NCBI RefSeq assembly: GCF_026571515.1
Contig: NW_026865113.1
Span: 62,001 to 126,000, forward strand
Length of the DNA: 64,000 nt
Direction of reading: 5' to 3'
Source: Ruditapes philippinarum
Taxonomy: Eukaryota
Numbering within the stretch: the stretch's first letter is position 1; every line of letters begins with the position of its first letter. The notes beneath the pieces were generated by a model. That model ran no database searches, was not told where the DNA came from, and saw only the letters and a program-made list of their open reading frames with translations. The position numbers were made by a program, and so were the translations under genes. Below, piece after piece: positions 11,919 to 25,219 of this stretch.

Positions 11919-13838
11919 TTATGACGCCCATGACTTAACAAGTGGTCCTTTAAAATTTGCTGTCAGGCATGCCACTGTCCATAATTGATTTATAGAGCCA
12001 ATCAATGACAGAGGTATAGGTGTGTCAAATAAATGGTTTTCTTTAATTCTTCTGTTCATACGTTCAATATGTATTCTCAGTCCAGCAATTTGTTCGGTGT
12101 TTTCTACTTCACTCACAGAAAATTGTCTTTTGTTGCTTAAAAAATCAGGAATATTTAATGTGGCTCCTTTTTCCTGCAGTACCTTTTTTAAAGTAAAACC
12201 TTTATCAGCCATAATATCATCTCCAGGCTCAATAAGTTCCAACAGACCTGACAATTTCGTAATTTCTACATCAGACATTGACCCTGTAAATAGTGTGGAC
12301 ACAAATGTTACCGAACCATGTGGGGCAATGCCTAACAAACATTTAACTGTTGTTGTCCCTTTATAATTTGAAAACGCTTGAGAGTTAAGCACAAGTGAAG
12401 AAGGTGTTTGTGTTCTCAGTTCAGTACAATCAATTACTACACGCGTTCGAGGATACAGTGCTTTGAATTCTTCTGGCATTAATGTTTGGATTGTATTTCT
12501 GGAAAGCCAAATTGGAATATCTGCTAGTATAAAATATAGAAAGTTTGCCCATGTTATAATTTTTCTACTAACTGTAGGTACTGAACAATTGAATCTAACA
12601 CTTAAGTCTTTTTCTAACAAACCAGCATGAAGGCGACAGAAAAACATAAACATTTCATCAACTAATTGCATCCCTCTCTTTCGACCAGCCAAGCTGATAG
12701 TTTCACTTGCTTCATAGTAAGCACTCTTCATATTTTTTGCTGATGGTTGTATTACATTGAAAAATGTTATGAAAGATAAATATGTTGGAAATCCTGTATA
12801 AAAAGATATACAACTGTCATCATTTGAAAATCTGTTTGTACCAAAACGTTCCACATCAAATTGATATTTTAACTGTTTGTTTTCTTCTTTAATTTTCTGT
12901 AATTCTTCTTTCAACTTTGTTATAATTTCTTTTTCATCTGTTATGTTAAGAGGTGTTGCAATTAAAGGCTGTTCTAATTCCATTTGTCCATCTGCGGCCA
13001 TGGTATGACTGCCATCTATGGTAGGACTGAAACATACATATATATATACGTTTTATTCAGATTTGGAAGCACGAATTGTAGCATTTCTGGTATATGTTTT
13101 TATATATATTTTTTTCAATATCATATAATCTGTCAAATGTGTTTCTTTACAATGACTGAAATTAAATAAATGTGAAAAATATACAATAAAGAAGTTTGAC
13201 AATCTTGTTTTATACCTTTCATCTGACAAAATCTTCCTCTTCAATGTTCGTCTTGCTGGTCTGTTACTACTCCAGTCAAATACTGAGGGTACAGCTGTTT
13301 TCTTTAGACATTTTCGAACTGGTGTCCATGATCGATAATCTTCTCGTGTGAAATGTTTCGAACAAACAACTGTTGTCCTATTGATCTGAAATAGTACATA
13401 AAATGACTTTTAGTTCTGTTTAGTATAAATACGGTATTGATAAAGATTCTGGAGCAACAAAAAAAATGTCTTAAATGATATACATAATTATATACCTGTG
13501 ATTTTTCTATAAATTATTAGAACAAAAGTAATTTTTTTATTTGTCAAAAACAAAATGAATCATTTAAAACACTATGAAATCCGTATATTTAAGGAGAGTA
13601 TTAAAAAAAAACTATAGTAGCTTTGTGTAAAAAAAAAGTGGAAATTTACCTTGAAATATTCTCCTTCATCTCGTCTAATTTTCACAATCCATTCTTTTTT
13701 TAAACTCACATCTTTAGGTATTTTATGAAAATGAATTGTATTATCATATCTAGAATCTGAATAACATAGTGGAACACAACAATGAAAATGTGATTTTCCC
13801 TGTAAGTTTAACACGCTTGGGCTTATCAGGTCAGCCAT
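11919..13838 (-). CDS. ISL2EU transposase: THAP + HTH_Tnp_4 + DDE_Tnp_4 (488 aa, apparently intact)
   Basis: Exons 13838-13650, 13385-13216, 13026-11919 give 1467 nt in frame. THAP: CCVPLC...W...VCSKHF...LKKTAVPSVF. Catalytic motifs VIDCTE, DIMADKGF, RIHIERMN; FYTGF motif; LSVRFNCSVPTVSR HTH. Confidence 0.92.
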
Positions 13839-14234
13839 TTTTTGTTTACATTCATGCCCTGTTAGCCTCTCTCTGGTGATGGAATGTAAAGTATGCATAT
13901 AATTTGAGAAAGGCCTATTTTGTACCTAAATGAATGAAATCTTTCTTCCTTCACTAAAAACACACAACCAAGCATAATATTGACATATTTTATCGTAGAA
14001 GTCCATATAAAATCTTGCAGAAGGACCTGTCTTTGCAGATGTATAGTTAATAAAAACGAGCAATTTCTGGATAGTAAGTCACGCGAAAACAAAATCGTAA
14101 GTTTCACGCATGGTTTCTTATATTTAAATATTAAAAGAAAATAAACGTGTATTTATAAAGTCTTAAAAGACCTTGTTTTAATTCATGATCAAATTGTTTA
14201 CTTTTGTTCGAAATAACGAATGCTTAATCAGTTC

Positions 14235-14381
14235 NNNNNNNNNNNNNNNNNNNNNNNNNNNNNNNNNNNNNNNNNNNNNNNNNNNNNNNNNNNNNNNNNN
14301 NNNNNNNNNNNNNNNNNNNNNNNNNNNNNNNNNNNNNNNNNNNNNNNNNNNNNNNNNNNNNNNNNNNNNNNNNNNNNNNNN
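14235..14381. other. Assembly gap (147 N)
   Basis: Run of N. Confidence 1.
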
Positions 14382-17300
14382 TTTCTTAGTTCTATACAAT
14401 TAGATTTTGTTTTCTTGTCCACTTTATCAGAAGTAAAAGCAATTAAACAGAAAAGTGTGTAGTTAACGAAATTAAAAAATGACTTGGGTAGATGGAAGTA
14501 TATCTAAAATTGTTTACTTGACGAACGACAATGAAGGCATATTAGGTTTTATTTCTTTGTCTTAAGAATAACGAGGTTGACGGGTTGTAATTCAGTTTTA
14601 AATTCCTTAAATATACTTAACATATTTCATATTGTTTTCAGGATGGACTGCCACAATATTTGCACAACTTCTTGAAAAGGGTAAAATATCCGTCAGAGCT
14701 GGAATAAAAGATAACTTTTAGCGAAACCACGCTGATAATGTCCCCTGCAAGTGCTAAAGGAAACTGTTTTATAGCAAAGCAAACATAAACCGCCACAGAT
14801 ATTTAAAACAATTTATTTGTTTGGTAACGAAGACATGTATTTTTAAGAATAAATGGTGTATAACAGAAGTTGTCGTCAACAATAAAGTAAAAGTATTTCT
14901 TAAAAAAACATAAAAATTGTTTCGACAAAATGGTCCTGCTACATTAACATGTGACACCTGTTACATTAGCATTTGAAGAATAAAACAATTTAAAATATAC
15001 GCGGATATATCCAGAGGGGAGAAAAACTGAAGGAAACTCTGCGAAGTTCGTCTCCCTTTTGTGCATAACCACGTTATCTTCAAATAGTTCTTTTGGTGAA
15101 TGTTCATATGTTGCAGGTTACATTTGTTTTTGCTGCCGATCCCCATAAATTCCTGGTGAACCTTCAAGACGGCCTCGATAGAGAATCTGCTTTCGCAATT
15201 GCAGACGAACTGCTTTTCTTTCCTGCAACATCACAAAATATCTTAATACTCTATACAGATCTATACACTTATTTGAGAATCATTTTAAGGAATTAGCTGT
15301 ATTTGGCTGCTTTTGTTAAAAGACAAAACAAAAAAAAAGTCTTTTCTGTTCTGTCATATTGTCGAATTTTTTACACTTTTCAACGCTTTGCACGTGTCGT
15401 AAAAACAATTTTATTTTTTGGAATTTAAAACTCAATTACAACGCCATCAACTTCGTTATTTTAATAAGAAACAGAAATAGAACACAAAATGCCTTCATTG
15501 ACTTATATTTGTCAAGTAAACAGTTTTCGGTACTTCCAGCCACCAAAGTCATGTTCGTTAACTTCTGATCGTCCCATTTCATGTATTTTGTCGTCGTGAG
15601 CAATACTTCCGAAGAGGAGAACCTTTTTCCGATTTTTACACACCTTTCTGTTATATTGTTATATCTTATTGTAAATATAAAAGCATGGACTAAGATTAAT
15701 TGATTGTAGAGTAAACTTAACATAGAAATGAAGGAGATAAATTCAAGTCAAGGAATGTACAGTTCATGTTTCGCGGCCGTCCTAAAACATGTACCGATAA
15801 TCAAATATGCTGTAAAAATAACTGATTAAGCATGGTCGTTTTCATGGTCAGGTTATTTCTTCTTTTTTTCAATGCACCATCACAATGCAACTGTATGTAC
15901 TCTGACAGGTAGTTTGACTTAATTTATTTTATATTCAAAATGCCTTCAGAAGACTACTTTTTAGTTAGTTATCTCCCCACCACTTTTTACCAAACAAATG
16001 ATTAGCAGATAATTATACCCTTTATTGTAATTGTAATTGTGATTGGTACACAAAGGAAACATCATGAAACATAGGTCAAATACAAAATTGGGTTTGTTTC
16101 AGGCCACATATTCCGAGCGAGTAAGTTCATTTATTATTCTACAATGTATTTTTTTCTTTGTATTTCGAGAGCGTTTTTGTTTTTCAAATTCTACAAAAAA
16201 ATGACAATCAAAAACCCATCAGTATCTTTGATTCTTTTTATTCTCGCTAAACTACTTGCCTTTTCAAGAAACTGGCTTTTTAAGTTTTCTTATATATTTA
16301 CAAAATATGGTATAAGTGCGTCATTCTTTTCTCAAAGGATTATTTTCTCTATTGTGTGATTTATTATTTTAATGTTTATGTTGATGAAAGGTTTGTCGAA
16401 TAAAATATTTTTTTATTTTTTGTAATTTAATTTTCTGTAAGCCTGTTCCTTTCTGGAGTGTTTGCATATTTGCTTCAGCAATGTATCTTTGTTCTGTTTA
16501 GAAATAGCAATAAGAATTAGAATATGATTTATTTTGCCCTGTCTGTTCTTATTTATGCCTGTGTTAATTGTTCCTAACAATTTATTTAGCAACTGACACG
16601 GAAGAATAAAGAGATTGCAGCAATCAGAAATATAACATTTATTTATATACTTTGTTAAGTTTTTTACGATGTGCGTTTGATACCGGGTAGACTTTTAAAG
16701 TTTACAAGAAAGAACTGAATATCAATAGGATTTTCCTTGATCAATTTAAAAATACAAACTAAAATCAGGAATCTCATTTTCCATTCTAAAATTAGTGTGA
16801 TGATGATATAAAGAATCTTTCTGAAACGTATACACGTCCAAATTATAAAATAATCTAAAGGAGTATCGGAAACAAACTTTGTAATTGAACTTCTAGGATA
16901 TTTGAAATTTGTAAACTTCCTCTCAATAAACATTTGACACTGCTTTTAAAAATTTTTCATTTGTTCCCTACTAAAAAGCTTATCCAACAAAAGAAATTAC
17001 AAACTTATAAAGGACATTTTGTAGTTTGTCCATAATGGTGAGACTACCAATAACGTTCAAGAGACCGAAACACGTGTGCATACATAAAGACACCGAATAA
17101 AAAAGTTCCGAACTGTTCTGGTACACTCAGAAGATTATGTTCAGTGTTCATAATATATATTATGATAATTGATGTAATCCATTAATATAAGTTTCAATAT
17201 TTTGATATATTTTTGCATTTTTAATAAAGCATTTATTTATGTGTACAATTAACGTTAGTCTAAGATACACTGACGTTAACACAACAGTTCCATTTAGAAA

Positions 17301-17543
17301 CTAACATTTTTTTGCAGTGTTAAAATGCTATAAAAAAAACTCCGACATAATCTATTCATGATAAATCATATTGACCTCGTCGTTAAAGATACTTCTTGTT
17401 TAATATATGCACAGTTGTATGAGTGCATCAATTAGAAACACATGCGCACTATTAAAACGGACTATGACTGCAATAAAAGTTGTGTTGTTATTTTGAATTT
17501 TCGAAATCAAATTTAGATTTGTCAATAAAAAGTTAAAAGAGTC

Positions 17544-18568
17544 ATGATTAACAGGTATCTAAAATATTTTTTCTTATTCTAACACATGAGCATAACAATA
17601 TTCTTTCTGATATTTTTAAACTAACTTGTTGAATTAATATCTTATAAAATCAACAATTATCAATTCATGAAATTCATGTAAAAAGCATTGATCATTTTTA
17701 CTTTTCTTAAACAAAATAAAATATGTTTTAAATAATATGTGTGGAGGGTACTGGCATGCGAGCAGTTCCCGTACAAAAATCACAGTTACTTAAACATTAC
17801 TTTTTATTACGCTCACTCACCAAAATTTGAATGTTACACATCAATATTCAGCTCGTCACACAAATCATGGAAATTCCATCATGTTCTAAACATAGTATAA
17901 CCCTTACTTGTGAGGCCTCATATGGGGTACCGAAATTATCCATTATTTTGTATGAAGAGAAGTAGTTCCCGTACATAAAATCTAACCCATTATAATTATA
18001 CAATTTTATTATATCGGGCCTATTTTTCATTTACAATTGTTGAACAGACTATTATCTAATTAAAAGATAAATAGATGTAATTCAGGAAATAGAGCGTAAA
18101 CTAAACGCGGGTATCAATTACCCGGTACCGTTACCCCAACGCATTCACATGCAATAGCATGCTTGTATGCATGATATTTTACGCATCAAAGCCATAAAAT
18201 TATTATATATAGTAATATTGGTCAACATTCTGATAATTAAACAAGTTTACATCGCATTGCCTACTTATTTGTAAACAGGTGGTATAAGTGGAAAACCCTT
18301 TAACAAGCCTCACGTGTAAGTATTTTTGCGCATGCGCGCAAGGACGGAATCCCCCAAAGAAAACAAGGTCACGTTTTGACGACGCACAGGTGAAAGTGAT
18401 TTAAAATGAGACTTTATATACGTACTGCCGAACTAACACTTAGATTTTGTCTCGTTTATGTATCTGCTTGATTTGAAATTAATTTTTGAAGAATGCAAGT
18501 AAAAATCAAGCGTTTAAATGAAAAATACGGGTACTGCTTCTGTACGGGAACTGCTCGCATGCCAGTAC

Positions 18569-18600
<32 letters not shown>

Positions 18601-21600
18601 CGCAGGGTAGATAAAGAGCTAATGTACATATTCTCACTAATTGTGGTTTTCCTAGAAGTTGGTGGTGTATATGCCTTTGGAGCTGCCTTTGACGCTCTTC
18701 TAGAAAAATATCAAAAAGATCGATCAACTACTGCTACAGTACAATCACTCTTGTTAGGAGTTACTTTAAGCTTTGGTAATACTATCATAATCCTGAAACA
18801 AATGTTCACTTTTTTAACAACTTTGTCTTAATAGAACGTCTGAAGAATGTAACAAAAAAATGTTTCAGACTTTAAAGAATATGATTTTGGTGTTCTGTAT
18901 CTGTATGTGCTATAAGGGAAACAAGAAATTAATAGTTAAGTGTTTAAATGCCTTGTTGTCAACTATGTTTGGTTTACCTCGTAACATAACGACTTTTTGT
19001 GTATGTTTATAAATAGCTCGATCAAACCATGTCTTTTACTTGTATTTATCTCGAGGGATTTCCCTTTTCCAATATTTATTTTAACGGAATATGTTTTGTC
19101 TTGTAACGAAATTGTTTATATCCCTTCTTTCACTAGTCATTTCTCCCAACATATATTTATAAATGTCACAGTCGTAAAGCATAGATAACATTAAAAATAA
19201 CGAATACTTTCTTAAATATAAACGCGTTTGGCATTCAAAAAATATTTCAAATCAGTTTCATGCTTTCGATATTGTAGTTAATAACTCGAGTAGAGTTCAG
19301 CTTACTTAAACTGACATGGTTTATCTGTGAATCATTAATGATACCCAGAATAATTACTAAAACAATTCAATTTATAATGGTCAATTTAAAAATCAGTGTA
19401 TCTTTAATTTGTATTGGGCTCAATTACCTGTTTTCAGGTGTTATAAGTGGCACTCTAATAAGTCGATTAGGACTACCATTGGTACTTTTGGTATCGTGTA
19501 TTCTGGTTCCAGCCGGATACTGCTCTTCTTTCTTTGCCACCAGAATAGAGCATCTCTATGTCAGTATCGGCATTGTATCAGGTAGGCTCACAAAATTTAT
19601 AGAAATCAATACTTCAAAATCGAAATTTTAACATGTGAAAAATATACGGGCGCATAAATATTGTTCTGTACATAAATCGTGCCTGAAATAATTCACGGAA
19701 GGGCATCTGAGGTCCAAACAAACAAATAATGCATACATAAACAGTATTAATATCAAGCTAGGAAACTTAGAACATTATTGGTTAACCTGGTGTCTGATCA
19801 TCCATACCATATTAACACATTTTATATTTCTTTTAATTGTTCATAGCATCTATTTGTGTTGTTTATTTCTGCTAATCAAGAACAATAATACAAAGCTTGT
19901 GTGCTGCGAAAATTGAAGTGATTTTTAGTGCAAATTCGAAATAATATCTCACTATATAGGATGATCATATGATTTTGAATTCTTCATAAGCTTTAAAAAA
20001 TATATTATTTATTGTTTAAATAAGCAAAATGTAGAATGCGTAACAGAAACTATATGCAAAGCCAGTGCCTATATTTTACTATGATTCGAAATTGTTAAGT
20101 AACAAAGTTTCTGGTAAATAAATCGTAAGATAAGGCAGATTGATGTAGCTTGCAAATTTAACACTAGTATCTCCGTTTCGTTAATTATCTTATTTAATGT
20201 TGTTGTTTTTATATTTATAATTGCCACATTGAGTCTCATTTGCTTTACTTATTTGTTTTAGGAATAGGAGTTTCGTTGGCATACACCAGTACATCTATTG
20301 TAAATTGTAGGCTATTCACAGGCCAGAAGAGAGATTTGTATTTATCCATATATACATCAATCATTCCATTCGCAGGATTTGTTTACCCATACATTTTGGA
20401 GTGGTTAATCGAATCTTACGCTTTAAATGGAACGTTCCTTCTTCTTGGTGCTATTTACAGTAACAAGATTCCATTCTTGATTATGTGTTTTAGAAATCGA
20501 AAATATCTAGCAGCAGATGAAGTACCGGAGAATAATGATATTGCTGGTAATGAAACAGACGCCCCTATGAAAAAAGCAAAGAAAGGCGTAATTATAAATG
20601 CTGTTCAAAATTTTAAAAAAATGATGAATATCACATTTTCCTTAATACTCTTAGCAACAGCAGTTTCAACAGCCGGTACAAGTGGATTCATGGGTCTAGC
20701 ACTCGATATCAGCTTATGGAAAGGTTTTACTAAAACCCAGGGGCTTCTTACTTTTGTGATTTATAACATCGGAAATACTTTATCTAGACTTGTTCCGGGT
20801 TTTCTGAAACAAATACAAGGAGTTGATTTCTTGATGTTTTCATTTATCTCAGCATTAGCCGGTTGTATTGGACAGTTAACTTTCTTTTTCGGTAGCAGCT
20901 ACAGCGCTTATTTGATAGGGTTCTGTCTAACCGGTCTGTGTTTTGGCGGAATCGTTTCATCAACTGCATTGGTATTGGTTGAAATAGTAATACCTGAGAG
21001 ACTTCCTATAGCAATGGGAATAACTTCAACAACGTGTGGTATTTTATCCGTGTCAACTGGGCCGTTCTTTGGTGAGTTGAAATATGAAAAACACATTAAA
21101 AACTACTGAAATATCTTGTGCTACGGCTTTGTATTTTAAGATGAGCTCTATATATATATATATTGATATTTAAAGGCAATAAGATGGTTCTATTGTTTTA
21201 TTTCGTAGTTCTTGCGTTCTTTCTTCTAATGTTTTATTTTATAATAAAAAAGAAATGAAAAATGGAGCACAAGCACAAATAAATCAAAACTTGTTTTAAA
21301 ATTACTATTTGAACATCGAGTTTTAAGCAAAGGATAATAAGCATGATTTGTGGAATAAATATCAGTTTATTCATCGATTAATAATTCTGAACTGTCTTGG
21401 AGTCGACATGAATTGTAATGTTCACTCTCTGTCTCATTCATGCGAAGGCAGGTATCACACAGTAATCAAATGGTGTTGACAACATAGCTCCAGATTAATA
21501 CCAATTTTAATAAAAATTTGAAATGTATTTAAGTATAAAACATTGTGAAATGAACTAAGAAAGTAATTTACACATTGCAAACGTCACAATCTACGTAAAT

Positions 21601-22151
21601 TACCAAAATGAAGTAATTATATGCAAAAATAACCCTTATGCATGATTCGCCGATAGAAAAAATGTGACAAATATCGCAAAATCAGTCATTATTCTCATAT
21701 AACATGTGTATTGTTGCTTGAATCGTTTAACTTTAATTAAATCTTTTCCGCGCAGTCTGATCAGGAACTATGCTGTTCGCTTACCAACCCTGAAAAGTAG
21801 ACAAACTGATAGCTAACTGCATGGATCCTGATCAGACTGCGCGGATGCGCAGGCTGGTCTGAATCCATGCTGGTCGCAAACAAGTAACCCATTATGTTGG
21901 TTTTGTCATGACACGGTCAAATTTTTTATTTCTTATCATCGACTACATACTTTTTTGTTTACATTGCAGGATGGCTCAGAGACATTCTAGGAAGCTACAA
22001 TTTAGTTATTATTATTATCGCAACTCTACAGGCTATCACAGCAATACTATTGTGTATTGTATTAATATATAGGCGTATTGATACAAATAAAAAGAAGAAA
22101 ATCCAACAAGAAAGACGGAATACGGTTTCATGTACAGTGTCGGAACTTTAG
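17544..22151 (+). CDS. MFS transporter, monocarboxylate transporter (SLC16/MCT)-like, copy A (438 aa)
   Basis: Exons 17544-17554, 18606-18775, 19438-19581, 20262-21071, 21970-22151 give 1317 nt in frame. Multi-TM pattern, GTLISRLG loop, YALNGTFLLLGAI, GWLRDILGSY. The micro exon 1 (MINR) is inferred from the parallel with copy B. Confidence 0.88.
17746..18570. mobile_element. Non-autonomous DNA transposon (Spy-like termini) in intron 1 of MCT copy A
   Basis: Perfect 28-bp inverted repeat GTACTGGCATGCGAGCAGTTCCCGTACA (17748-17775 / 18541-18568). No TSD seen; right end abuts a T-run. Its length explains the intron-1 size difference between the paralogs (1051 vs 268 bp). Confidence 0.75.
21749..21920. 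mobile_element. Partial copy of the Sola-type MITE at 22230
   Basis: Shares GCGGATGCGCAGGCTGGTCTGAATCCATGCTGGTCGCAAAC...ATGTTGGTTTTGTCATGAC with 22230-22456. Confidence 0.8.
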
Positions 22152-22229
22152 AAAATGATATGGTCTGGTTCTTTTTGACAAAAGACTAGTTTTAGTCCTG
22201 TCATAGATGAAACAAACAAAAACTTATTT

Positions 22230-22456
22230 GAGCGGCGTCATGACAAAACCAACATAGTGCGTTTACTACCAGCATGGATCCAGACCAGCCTGCGCAGTCT
22301 AATCAGGATCCATGTTGTTCGCTTTCAGTTTCTCTACTAGTAATAGGGTTTGTAGGCGAACAACATGTATCATGGTCAGACTCCGCGGATGCGCAGGCTG
22401 GTCTGAATCCATGCTGGTCGCAAACGCACTATGTTGGTTTTGTCATGACGCGGCTC
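22230..22456. mobile_element. Palindromic MITE, Sola-type (GAG..CTC termini, 4-bp TSD)
   Basis: Long TIR GAGCGGCGTCATGACAAAACCAACATAGTGCGTTT / AAACGCACTATGTTGGTTTTGTCATGACGCGGCTC; ATTT TSD at 22226-22229 and 22457-22460. Confidence 0.8.
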
Positions 22457-22859
22457 ATTTGATATAGCCACGTTGTATGCCTCTACGTGTGATATTCCAT
22501 ACAATTCCTTATCTGATTTATAATCCGATCAAACCGCAAACACACACACAATTTATTGTTGCGAATGGTTTATATATTGTACATGTAGCTTTTTCTGATG
22601 GTACGAGGACACGCACATAATACTACATTATAAGATTTCTAATATTACTTAAAAGGATTTTTGAAAACAAATCATCGCCTTTATCTTGATTGTTTCTTTG
22701 TTGTCCCTCCGAGGTTATAAGGAAATCTTTTAGAAGAACACTTGGGCAGTTTAACTGACTAGTAATACGTTTGTTTTTTAAGGTGTTAAAAACAAATACA
22801 GACTAACTGACTGGTTTGTTCAGTCATGAACTGTATCATTGTCTGCTTGTCCATGTTAA

Positions 22860-23125
22860 TGTTCATGTACTTATAAAGTGTTTAAAAACTGTTTTGAATT
22901 TCAATACTATTTAGATAACATTCCACTTAAACTGCCTATTCCATTGACTAAATTAAGGCTATCTTAAGATAAATTATTAATTGAAACATGTCGCTATGGT
23001 AATAGTAGAACTGAACGAAACCAAATATATTGTATGATTTGTAACAGTGGTGACCTTAAAGATTATTATCATTTTATTTGTATCTGTTCTGCATATAATC
23101 AAATCAAAACCGAATACCTTAATAA
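22860..23125 (+). mobile_element. LINE ORF2 C-terminal remnant (CCHC knuckle; RTEX-like)
   Basis: YKVFKNCFEFQYYLDNI...LTKLRLS*DKLLIETCRY..RTERNQIYCMICNSGDLKDYYHFICICSAY, a typical LINE ORF2 end, with a stop codon. Confidence 0.75.
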
Positions 23126-25219
23126 TATTGACCCATTACTTAAAATCTCTTCTCGCCTTTTCATCCGCCCCCTTTTGAGTCCTCAAATGGTAAAAATGCC
23201 CTATTTAGACCCCAAACACTTGTTTTTCTTTGAGAAATGGTGTTAAGAAAAGTGATCACTTTTTTCGGCGTCATCTCCTATCAAATAGATACACCAAGGT
23301 GGTGCCAGATGGGGGATGTGCCCCCTTCATTTTTGGTTGTTGGAAGCGGTCGGCAGACCCCCACATCTCAAAGACAAACATGGACTTTTGAGAAGCTAAA
23401 CATGACTTCACCTCAACTTTAAGGTAACCTAACCAACGCTGAAAAGCCTTTGACTCTATCTCAATTCATTGAGAAGTTGCATCACTTTGAAATCAGTTTG
23501 AATGAAACAATCAACGCAAAATAGTGATTTTTGGCAATTTTGAGATGCCCCCTCGTTGACATGGTAACAAGAAAGTTAAGATTGAGTATGCGGTTACAAA
23601 GGCTATCGTCCAGTCAAAATTTTTGCCAAGTTTGAACAGTATTGAAGCCTTTTTTATAGTTTCATAGCAATTTAAACTTGTAACAGGAGGCTTTTCAATG
23701 AAAACAGCCATTTTCCAAATCATGCTCATGAAGTAATGGGTTAACACATCGGTTTCTAAAGACAAAGTTTTATTAAATTCATAGAAAATATACAATCTGT
23801 CAACTATTCTGCATTAATCAAACTATGCAAATTTATACGAGAATCATTTATAATAATACAAAACATTGTAAACAACTATACTTAGTCATATTTAAGGATG
23901 TTTCCTGTAGCCATTTACACGTGTACTTATTTATATACTAACTATCACGTTACATTTGGTCTTGCCATTTTAATATATCTGGTGTTACTGTATTGTGAAA
24001 ATGTCTGAGTTAGATAATTATCATATGTTCATGCGTTCACATAATTTTGTTAAACAAATTCTTCCATATATTTAATGTAAAAGTAAATAATCAACACATG
24101 CCTGTATAAAAAGTATTGCGAGCGTGCTTTAACTGCGTCCTCTAGCTTCTGCAAATGGTATGCACATTAAATTAGCGCTACACTTGCATAAATGTATACG
24201 TCTTAATCGGTAATATCTGCTTTTTTTTGTAATCAGAAATCATGTTTTTTGCTTCGTAAATGTATTCCTCTGCGTGCGTACGCAAGAATATTGCTTCCAT
24301 AAAAATCAAATATTTTGAAAATTAAATTGAAAAATTTCTCAAAGATGCGTAAAAGTTAAAAATATAACTCCTTGAAAATATCTCTGCTTCTAACATTTTT
24401 AGATTATTTTCTTTGTGTAATTTTCTTTATGTTTCGTATTCTGTGATTATATATTTATCAAAATAGTAATGTATATATTTTATGTGTGAGTTTTATGTAA
24501 ACTGTATGCATTGACAATATTTAGTATCTGTAAATGGTCAAAAGGTATTTGAAAAGCCAATTTACTAATAAATGAAATGAAATGAAAATGTTATGTTTGA
24601 TCCTAAATACTATTAGCGTAGTTGTTTACTGCATTACAGAAAGTTGTCTTTATGGGCACATTTTAGTTAAATAGTTCATACATTGATATATATATTTGGT
24701 GTTTGGTTATACTATCAATGTAGTTATCTATCGAATTACAGACATTACATAATGGAACAATTCATTTTAAAATCTATTCCATGTATACTAAAGTGTAGAA
24801 AAAAGTTGCTTTTAGTTAACTAAAATCGGGCTAATCACAGCACAAAAATACGATTTTTAATTAATTATGATTATTTTTTCTTAATTATACAGCTGATGTA
24901 TGTAAGAATTTCAAAATTTATGTTTTCAGGCTTTTGGACCTCAGTGGAGTCCCTTCATTATCCCGATGAAAAAAACACATTAACAGAATGCATAAACAAG
25001 TTCATAGCTGTGCCTTTGTGGTTGACTTAAGATAACAATTAAATCATAAAAATGAACATAAGATATATACGATATATGCAAATTCAATATATGCATTTTC
25101 GATTGACTCTTTTGAATATCATCTATCATAAAACATTATGTTGTCCTCAACAACTGAAATCATTTATGTATTAAATATAACAAGTAAAACAATGATTACC
25201 CATAGCTTTCTACAAATAG

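Larger units (their letters stand above)
2165..13916. mobile_element. ISL2EU-type DNA transposon (PIF/Harbinger-related), full length, with nested IS3EU insertion
   Basis: Imperfect ~62-bp TIRs (2165-2227 AGACCCTTCTTAA...GAGGCTAACAGGGCA; 13855-13916 rc AGGCCTTTCTCAA...GAGGCTAACAGGGCA). AT TSD at 2163-2164 and 13917-13918. Convergent THAP-DDE transposase and YqaJ exonuclease genes, the known ISL2EU layout. Confidence 0.9.

Noticed and set aside
12022-12366. Antisense ORFs over transposase, exonuclease and MCT exons (also 10708-11013, 20908-21096)
   Set aside because: Shadow frames of real coding sequence.
14178-14462. ORFs spanning the N run
   Set aside because: Artefacts of the assembly gap.
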